DNA from: a virus
Taxonomy: Duplodnaviria > Caudoviricetes
Virus record (IMG/VR): IMGVR_UViG_3300035227_000232
Location: 25,414-89,413 of that record
Length of the DNA: 64,000 nt
Direction: 5' to 3' (one strand)
In this document: positions 58,701 to 64,000 of the stretch, one piece after another
Position numbering within the stretch: position 1 is the first letter of the stretch
Layout of the letters: every line of letters starts with the position of its first letter
The notes under the pieces: generated by a model
What the model was told of the DNA's origin: nothing
Database searches by the model: none
What the model saw: the letters and a program-made list of their open reading frames with translations, nothing else
Translations under genes and position numbers: made by a program

Positions 58701-61700
58701 CTAATTGTTCATTGGCCTTCAACAATGAAGCATTGCTGCCCTCACTCGACACTCTTATAGCCTCAAGAAGATTCTGCAAAACTGTGTTATCTCCGGTGAT
58801 CGCGCTGAGGCCCGAACCCGGAGTATTGAGTTTATTTTGCACGAATTTCAGTAAGTCATCCGTACTAGTACCTTGCTTCATCTGATCGCCAACCATATCT
58901 ACTAACCTAGCTAAAGCATTTGCCTGTGGTCTAGTCTGTCCCGCTTTGGTCAAATAACTTTCCAGTTTACTTCTGTCTCCCCGAACCGCTGACTGAAAAG
59001 CTTTACTCATATTAGTAGAAGACTTTCCAAATTCGCTGGCTATGTTTTTCAACAAATCTTTTCTAATTCCACGATCAATAGACTCAAGAACCCCTGTATG
59101 CCGACCTAAAATCTGCGATACCTTTATCGAATCCTCTAATCGTTGGCTTGATTCCGGTCCAAGAAATGGCTTAAGCAAATCTGCCCCAAGATTCATCTCT
59201 GTCATCGCGAAGTTCCTCTTCCCCGCTGACCTCAGTCCCCTAACATCTTCAGCAGTACCAGATGATCTTGTTAACGCATTTACCGCATTCCCAGTCTTCA
59301 TATATACTGACTGCATAACGTCTTCCATGCGTTGTAACGCTTCTCTTGCTCTATCCGCAGCATCTTTCTGACTATTAATACTTCGGGTTAACAATTTTGT
59401 CATCTCCGCATCAAGGATAAGAGCCTGTACCTTTTCTTGGTATGCGCTTGCTATATATTGAGCATCCGCGAGAGTAGAATTTTTTATAGCAGTTACATCA
59501 CCGCCGAGTTTGCCAAATATATCCATGATACCCTTTTGGGTATACCCTGCCATGCCTGTGGTTGAATCGAAGACACTGTCCATGTCTTTCATCAGTTGGG
59601 TAAGTTCCGCTGTTGATTTTCCGCCCAAGTCTAAAGTCTGAACATATTTACCTGTAAATTGATCAAGCTTCTCCATCCCCTCTACGGTCCTCATCAGAGG
59701 ATTAGACCAATCGGAAGTTTCTGCATACCACGGGTCATCCGCCGACTTGCCTGTTGCTCGGGCAGCTTGTCGAGCTGCATCTCTATGCGAGTCCTGCTTA
59801 CTATCACCTCCCGTAATTGCTCGCGACCAATTCGAAGATTCAAAGAACGACGTACCCCAGAATCCGCCTCTTCTTTCGTCTTGCATCTTACCCATAGAAG
59901 CAGCAAGAGATTTAGATTCAGCATCGGCAGCTAATCTCAACTGCTCCTTGCTCATGACCGCATTCATTCTCTTGGGGTCATTCATAGTCGCAATTATTTT
60001 GCCTCGCGCTGAATCAGGGATATTACCCATAGCAGTCATCATTACATCCCTTCTATCTTTAAGGTCTTGGGGTGTAAGTCTTCCTGTCTTATCCCGAAGT
60101 GCATCTGAATAATCTCCTAATGCTCTCATGAATCCGCTCGTTCCATTCTGAAAATCTTTAAGTGCTGCTGAAGCTAATTCTGATGAAGCAGCTAACTCAG
60201 GTAAGACCTTCATGTACGCATCAGCCCCGGCGGTCAAAGCCATTAACCCCCCTGCTGTCAAACCTACAGCAGCACCAATAGCTGCACCCGCTGGGCCTCC
60301 GCCTCCCATGCCCCACGCTGCGCCCGTGTACATCGAGCCCATCATTGCGCCTATCCCAGTATAACCAGCAGCAGTGCCCCACGCTTGTGTCTCGGCTTTC
60401 TTGGCCCTTTCATGTTTAGACGTTCCGGGCATTCCGGCAGCAAACATCCCACCGATCATTGGGCCCATGAATGCCAGTGGAAGACCCATCTTCTGCATCA
60501 TCGCACCACCGCGATGAAACCTCTCAGCACCCTTACTCTTATAAGCCTTACCTGTCTGCGGATTGATTATTTGGCCGTGGCTCGCTAGCTTTGATTTTGA
60601 ATCTCTGACCTCCGCTGCGGATTTCGTGGTCGCCGTTCTTGCTTTGTCATATGCTGCTGCTGCTGCTGCTGTAGATGCGTTTAATTTTGCAAGTTCGCGT
60701 TCTAGGACAGCTACATTTGATCCCGGTCTCGGAGCTGTTGGATCAGCACCAAACCCTAAGGGCTTCGCCTTGGCAACTTTTTCAGCAGCCAAGTTAGAAG
60801 TTGCCTGAGCGTGCCGTGCTTGCTCATTCCTGTAAGCTATTCTGGTTGTTCTCGTGTTTTGCCTAGCTTCTTTAAGTTTATTTTGTTCATCCAACAGGGT
60901 GTTCTGGAGCAACTTCTTGGAAGCTGTCTCAGCATTCTCCCCCATCCCCATGAAAGCGAATGCAAGCATTCCGATGCCCATTCCACCACCAGCAGCATCT
61001 GTTCCCTCAAAGAAGTTCGGGACATGACCTTTCGCATTACTAGCTGCCCCTTGTAGCCCCATTCCTGTACGGCCTAAAGTTGAACGAGGTTGACCAGCGG
61101 ATAGATGTTGATTGATTGCATTAGAAAGACTTCCTTGGTTATCAGTATAAACTCCAACTCCTACTCTCGCATCATAACCTATCTTAGGAGTACCTCCTCT
61201 TCCCGACATCTGAATACCGAGTTTTTCTCCTCTGATCGATCTCTCTAATGGGTCTTTAGAGAAACTAGGAATAAATCCATCGGACGCCCTAGCATAATGG
61301 GCTTGCCAACCGGGTATACTCCCTTGTGACATATAACCCTCAATCGATTTCTTCCCTGCTCCGCGTGCAGCGAGATTCATGTATCTGTCATATCGCCCTA
61401 TTTTCTCATTGTTCGATAATTTTTTTGAAGCACCTAACCATTCTGCGATTTTGACTTTGGACTGCTTTGGTATTCCTAAGAATCCTTTCAAGTCTAAACC
61501 ACGAAATCCGTGGTCTGGATTTGTCCACATGTTCTCTCTTCGGGGAACGCTTTCAGCCAACTGTTTTCTAATCCTACCTCCTTGACCACCGCCAAACTTC
61601 ATATACTGGGAGAACATTTGGCCCATCCCAAAATTAGGAACATGTCCTCCTGATACAAATTGTACTCCAGTTTTTTGACTACCTAGGCCAAGAAAGTCTG

Positions 61701-63999
61701 CCATCTTATAGTTGCCCTCTGCTCTTTTAAGGTATTCACTTATTGCAACAGGGTCTCTTCCTGCTGAACCCGGCCCATGTTGCTTAAGATACTTCGTAAA
61801 ATTTGCGGTGGAAATTATTGGTTGTAATCCTCCTGCATCTAAAATTTGAACAAGACCCTTGTCTACCATTGATTTAGCTGATGCTCCCTCTAGGAAAGCT
61901 TTCTCGAACTTTTCTACATCTCGGACAGAGTAATTATCCGCCTTCATCAAATCGTTTGCTAAGAATTTAGAACTCTTACCCGTCAGCCCCTTTACAACCA
62001 TTGCTTCGCTCAATTCGCCTATGAATTTGCTATCAAGCATACCCATTTCACTTAAAGAAGTTTTATGAAGTGGGGTTACCATTTTTCTAACTATCCCCGC
62101 TGCTGGAGCATGGCCGACCAAAGGCTCAACTGGTACACCTGATTTTTTGGCAGCTTTTATTACCTGAGCTTCAAAAGCGAGTGTATCCAAGCGCATCGCC
62201 ATCAGCGGATCATTTTTTGCTATGTTATTATAAGTTCCTTGAGTCCCTTGTCTTAATCCCTTCAAGACATCCGCTGCACTCATCTCTATGGGCGATTTCA
62301 TGACCAATGCAGTTTTTGCTAAGGCTTTACTTTTTGGAAAAGGCGATTTTGATGGCGTTCTCATTGCTTCCCGTATGGCCTCATTATCCCATTTTACGCC
62401 AGCTTTCCCCGCAACATTTTGAGAAGTCAATGATTTCCAATCGAGCTTCGGTGTTGCCCACGCTGTTCCTTCTGCACCTCCACCTATGCGTGTTAAATCT
62501 TTAGCCTTCGCTGTCTTAGCCCACATCGACAAAGCTGCCATGTTAAAGTTCGGAACAAATCCATCGAATCTGTTTTCCATTGCTTTCGTCAGCCCCGGAG
62601 ATGTTTTCATTTCTCCCCATTTTCTTCCAGAAGCTGCAAGGACGTTATCCAACGCTAACTTTTTATCGGTTGCTAATAATCCTTTAAATTGATGTTGATG
62701 AGGGATGAAGCTAGCGTAATCATCAGATAATTTTGTAAAGTCTAAATCTTTGCTTCCTCTTTGTTTTTGTATATACTTAAGCCACTCTACTTGGTTTTTG
62801 TTTCTCCACCCCCAGTCTGCCAGATACTGTTGAGTGGGTGCTCCCGTTCCAAATTCTTTTTTATGCGCTGCTTTTGTTGCAGACATACGTTGAGCCATTG
62901 AACCCACCATGAAGTTAGGAACGAAGCCACCGGAATAATTCCGACCTCTTCTGAAATTAGCCATCTCTTCTTCCCAGTCCCTACGGCTAGATGGAGTTGG
63001 ATTCCTTTTCATTTTTGCCATAGATAGAGGGTCAGCACCCTGATTGTATCTCCTTGATGCCCCCGGCCCAATGCCCCCATGACCCCTCAATTGACCAACA
63101 CCCATACCCTCTTTATCAAAAAGTGGTCTGAACAGTTTCGCTGATCCAATTACAGCATCTTGTGTCAATGTTGGTTTTGATCCCATTCCCCTGAACATTC
63201 GCAGATTAAGTTCTGGGTCCGCCTCCAGTTTTGCTATTTTGTTTTCTAAATAAGTCTGCTGCGCTCGGGCGTTCGGATTCTGCGTTAGTACACGTTTCTT
63301 CAGGAAATCGTATGCTTTAAGATCGTCCATCTTTTGCAATCTTCCTAATTCTGGCCCTTTGAAATCGAATCGCGTTTCTGCCCATTTCATGGGAAACGTG
63401 GGTAGACCCGCATCAGCGCGTAGAGAATTGAAACTCCCGCTAAAACCATCTTTGGTTTTCGAAGTTTTCAGGACTGGCCTTTGCCGTATAATCGAACCTA
63501 AATTCGGAACTGGCATCATGGCTTGGAGGTCTGAAATTTCGTCCGTCGCACGCTGCCTTCTTCTCAGTAGACCCTTCTCGTACTGGTATCTTTGTTTAGC
63601 TGGTAAATTATTAATATAATAAGCACTCCCCGGACCTTCCCAGTCTCTCTCCCATTTGTTAAATTTCCTAAATTTAATATCTTGAATAGGTTCACGACTC
63701 TGACGCCTCAAACTTTCCCGCGCATGTCTAGCTAGTACATTCGGCATCACCATGAAATTCGGAACAAAACCCTCAGCCAAAGTATATGGGTCTATACCTG
63801 TCTGAGACATTGCTTCTTTTCTATGAGATATCCCTGCTTCGGAATTTTTAGGAGGACTAATAAACGGTTGAGAGAACCCCGGAACTGAGGAAACTTTCTC
63901 TGCTGTATTATAAGTAACCTTACCCAACCCCGGCATGTCCATGCTCTTTATCTGTCCGGGTTTATATCCGCCTAAAGCAGCACCGACAGACTCAGCCAT
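52783..63999 (-). CDS. Tape measure protein, >=3738 aa, probably 5' truncated, with an internal cassette array
   Basis: Long helical/coiled-coil body, Gly/Ala/Met-rich membrane-like segments, three GG..D.VP....GE[FY][IV] motifs, and a C-terminus NISITVNI...EQKRPGGLL typical of lambdoid-type TMPs. The frame is open to the window edge. Confidence 0.9.
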   Translation of the reverse strand: MAESVGAALGGYKPGQIKSMDMPGLGKVTYNTAEKVSSVPGFSQPFISPPKNSEAGISHRKEAMSQTGIDPYTLAEGFVPNFMVMPNVLARHARESLRRQSREPIQDIKFRKFNKWERDWEGPGSAYYINNLPAKQRYQYEKGLLRRRQRATDEISDLQAMMPVPNLGSIIRQRPVLKTSKTKDGFSGSFNSLRADAGLPTFPMKWAETRFDFKGPELGRLQKMDDLKAYDFLKKRVLTQNPNARAQQTYLENKIAKLEADPELNLRMFRGMGSKPTLTQDAVIGSAKLFRPLFDKEGMGVGQLRGHGGIGPGASRRYNQGADPLSMAKMKRNPTPSSRRDWEEEMANFRRGRNYSGGFVPNFMVGSMAQRMSATKAAHKKEFGTGAPTQQYLADWGWRNKNQVEWLKYIQKQRGSKDLDFTKLSDDYASFIPHQHQFKGLLATDKKLALDNVLAASGRKWGEMKTSPGLTKAMENRFDGFVPNFNMAALSMWAKTAKAKDLTRIGGGAEGTAWATPKLDWKSLTSQNVAGKAGVKWDNEAIREAMRTPSKSPFPKSKALAKTALVMKSPIEMSAADVLKGLRQGTQGTYNNIAKNDPLMAMRLDTLAFEAQVIKAAKKSGVPVEPLVGHAPAAGIVRKMVTPLHKTSLSEMGMLDSKFIGELSEAMVVKGLTGKSSKFLANDLMKADNYSVRDVEKFEKAFLEGASAKSMVDKGLVQILDAGGLQPIISTANFTKYLKQHGPGSAGRDPVAISEYLKRAEGNYKMADFLGLGSQKTGVQFVSGGHVPNFGMGQMFSQYMKFGGGQGGRIRKQLAESVPRRENMWTNPDHGFRGLDLKGFLGIPKQSKVKIAEWLGASKKLSNNEKIGRYDRYMNLAARGAGKKSIEGYMSQGSIPGWQAHYARASDGFIPSFSKDPLERSIRGEKLGIQMSGRGGTPKIGYDARVGVGVYTDNQGSLSNAINQHLSAGQPRSTLGRTGMGLQGAASNAKGHVPNFFEGTDAAGGGMGIGMLAFAFMGMGENAETASKKLLQNTLLDEQNKLKEARQNTRTTRIAYRNEQARHAQATSNLAAEKVAKAKPLGFGADPTAPRPGSNVAVLERELAKLNASTAAAAAAYDKARTATTKSAAEVRDSKSKLASHGQIINPQTGKAYKSKGAERFHRGGAMMQKMGLPLAFMGPMIGGMFAAGMPGTSKHERAKKAETQAWGTAAGYTGIGAMMGSMYTGAAWGMGGGGPAGAAIGAAVGLTAGGLMALTAGADAYMKVLPELAASSELASAALKDFQNGTSGFMRALGDYSDALRDKTGRLTPQDLKDRRDVMMTAMGNIPDSARGKIIATMNDPKRMNAVMSKEQLRLAADAESKSLAASMGKMQDERRGGFWGTSFFESSNWSRAITGGDSKQDSHRDAARQAARATGKSADDPWYAETSDWSNPLMRTVEGMEKLDQFTGKYVQTLDLGGKSTAELTQLMKDMDSVFDSTTGMAGYTQKGIMDIFGKLGGDVTAIKNSTLADAQYIASAYQEKVQALILDAEMTKLLTRSINSQKDAADRAREALQRMEDVMQSVYMKTGNAVNALTRSSGTAEDVRGLRSAGKRNFAMTEMNLGADLLKPFLGPESSQRLEDSIKVSQILGRHTGVLESIDRGIRKDLLKNIASEFGKSSTNMSKAFQSAVRGDRSKLESYLTKAGQTRPQANALARLVDMVGDQMKQGTSTDDLLKFVQNKLNTPGSGLSAITGDNTVLQNLLEAIRVSSEGSNASLLKANEQLGQQLKLNELQGQYAQELIRIQKTLSYQGGIQSYTKGTHSGLLAIDSLTAETQRAPRSISPTISEGIASFKGADMFKNFFGAENIPKNLMGDAIAGRASQMAQTAREYEIQTGTELPGWMKDMGSEGTIEAATNQVQASLKDAVPAKLEEVRSQILKLQETIVSENVTTMDKMQTQFRTATENVFGTGATNITGGGRGTILSLIEQQAKLFTMQVDQKKVLDFQVDTQAQSTKADSSRLKLLQESNSMMSAFRNLAMGAPHSGRAGSGKTQQEFVTSTLGGARVVDAQAASVGGVPTSMTDIQELYAERLSEIEEWLSNYSVTTDGKTDMPYKGMNVQDAMQKFAAKQKDKYIDSGEDFEDLALSSVEEGAFMGRIMHGAETIDAFVNEMFTSGGYQGLVDEYNQSVSDLRTINADRMTAETNLIQSINDFANQYGQRMLPRTVGLGPVQTTYPNTAPITPPVVRHSGGILESMGLTARGTDVVPAMLTPGEFIVNAKTTKKNRAFLEALNSGDVLYSAQGGYANQYPDSNTNPWTQRQARGSYAPATDLPTGYFMSPTNARQRSTMGYGGEGKTPWQTEQITPKVIKDFKDGVDAFVKGLEDKAYPSDTYKLRPGNALKALEDAIAKNTNTGAEDVIAELRVQQTKWQTAGQTKWATQEGNKATDLQSIVRAAAKMNLSLSEFKTLWLTQASKAVPKKLDPANQVVPTQPSWVKPIEDSLGELPTSLSKMEKKYREFSERLEKIGKELEGIRVKRIAAGGNSAMTGPLDLQQRKLLTEQALIQQRKGHLQLGIATERARPGEVTDYSKRVKEARTRRKEGMRNLLGDIYGRYERPSQDEAKDALQDKWGTEGFGKPTRREIENYRLENSQWKGMTSLGDSFINQRSQQPMIGDYTNQMNKAVSHGLADKFEASGLDLSDFMKGEGLTMTSAQKDHGLQSIIKRELVQHDSGKYVPLSPEKKKAMVDQERKEAAQMMRGEIFFRRLDDGSGMTEKRNVDAAGRRAGYWGIGGQATGDIAMDSYEMKQNIKDRPEVQKKVEGIKKTIGSLDKTIARLETEEYVTGRPEDSEELKKLKHDKLKLQQQRDMHETFLKTQTPEALKKLETDYDTQWNKRASASGLNKDEMLTDEFGNKLAPHKMAEYLDQPKFKGTLDMGKLSQEYDKYAGSMDRSFNVMQNLKTATEFRTKVQQRFARVAKEAAKNGLSVNATMSAMANEMKKVALDMKLAKGEISGRTARAGNKQYYQGKVNDGTYGMGDMGGQFTSHFIRNAKDDMQDLKDLIDSTAIGMRDGFKKAFKEFAFGTKSSKEAFRDLAMDITSNIFSRMLDFSSENFMSYLMGQRHASGGLVKGYANGGRVTGGTGPRSDDVPMFGSGGEYVIRADSAKRIGYDNLEKLNSLKGYSRGGGISAVLRNQIDFDNPEQPEKMIKNIDPMFSILGQENQSNPQNKERFEREEAFYSHRKSEYEREKANAEKMKAFREKKKQMIKSGWMSAAMSLVSAGAAQWGDTNAIGKFLNSTGGKTLVSAGIGGAFGGTKGAIAGGISGLGAGLLGKWQKEDDAKKALEFEKDLSEMMAKPSFQKQLALQKERQGLNTTGAPDELHMWGAQNVPQEFKNVYKDRARLSKIESELHDLNPAFRNPNRQATKAKGFWEGLRGGASKIGKGIKDTPGALWKGAKAPFGADFWGNPGMDLFTNPFRRQARGGLVRRALGGIVSNPTGQFQEMSRSFSSSETMDTGSNAMTVDGTSSLMGGLGMVKDSGMYSNGGGMRNFGLDNILARVSKGEFIFSPKSTSYLGADALDRLNRGDIQGFMDLSNLGNMKGYAEGGYVGAGLPSLSTGGDSGGGSNSFDVVNQNLVKLIDSVDGVRDSIEQDSGEDSPNRSSSGGSKGTREIANNISITVNIDKNGEVSGRSENDSQEGSGGKGDGDEKDQDRKDKDKNKALGQMMEMEILKVITEQKRPGGLLDDKANSR
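53284..57309 (-). repeat. Three dispersed copies of the TMP GG-x-D-x-(V/I)-x-GE motif
   Basis: HSGG..GTDVVPAMLTPGEFIV..LN (57167-57309), ASGG..SDDVPMFGSGGEYVI..LN (54514-54675) and NGGG..DNILARVSKGEFIF..LN (53284-53418). Confidence 0.8.
61012..63771 (-). repeat. Six G[FH][VI]P[NS]F motifs punctuating the TMP N-terminal region
   Basis: GFVPNF at 63754-63771, 62911-62928 and 62545-62562; GHVPNF at 61630-61647 and 61012-61029; GFIPSF at 61261-61278 (aa 77, 358, 480, 785, 908, 991). Confidence 0.9.
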
Positions 64000-64000
64000 C

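Larger units (their letters stand above)
1..64000. mobile_element. Fragment of a large tailed dsDNA bacteriophage (replication module plus tail module)
   Basis: Lambda-type tail-tip genes, tape measure protein, fibres and a phage-style replisome, with near-zero intergenic space and ATGA/TAATG/TGATG overlaps. There is no ribosomal or housekeeping context. Confidence 0.93.

Noticed and set aside
579-63619. The many 60-140 aa ORFs antisense to or nested in long genes
   Set aside because: They are fully overlapped by well-supported genes, have no recognisable motifs, and their composition reflects reverse-frame codon bias.
62929-63753. ADP-ribosyltransferase in the first TMP cassette (LRMFRGM)
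   Set aside because: Only the first Arg-type motif resembles an ART. No convincing S-x-S or properly placed catalytic Glu follows, so the cassette is left unassigned.
1-64000. Wholesale stop-codon reassignment (code 15 or 4)
   Set aside because: ORFs of 4468, 3738 and 1482 aa are uninterrupted in code 11, and conserved enzymes end at their expected C-termini with TAA, TGA or TAG. Only leaky, site-specific readthrough remains possible.
1-64000. Host assignment
   Set aside because: SD motifs are scarce and the sugar genes are suggestive, but nothing in the window identifies a host without a database search.

Overview
The window is a 64 kb piece of a large tailed dsDNA phage genome, densely coded, in the standard genetic code. 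I saw no tRNA, rRNA, CRISPR array or IS. The left arm (1-21095, + strand) is a replication and recombination operon: RecA-like, DnaB, DnaG, a DNA polymerase III alpha split into PHP and catalytic genes, a DnaQ-like exonuclease and a Rad52-like protein. It is interleaved with nucleotide-sugar enzymes, glycosyltransferases, GlmS and a TubZ/CetZ/PhuZ-type tubulin. The right arm is a tail region: a collagen fibre, a 4468 aa beta-solenoid, IPT/TIG arrays, a matrixin-like protease, three tail-tube-fold paralogs, a lambda-type gpM-L-K-I-J tip module and a >=3738 aa tape measure protein (TMP) cut by the window edge. Three observations stand out. (1) The TMP carries an array of variable cassettes bounded by six G[FH][VI]P[NS]F motifs, and one cassette shows the kinase-fold motifs in order. 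(2) Three consecutive tail ORFs (41721 to 23311) share one reading frame, and both intervening stops fall inside Ig-like domains, so they are either a ~6136 aa readthrough appendage or domains completed in trans. (3) A tubulin occurs together with a lambda-type tail tip and a split DnaE replisome. All calls come from reading motifs by eye; no database search was run.
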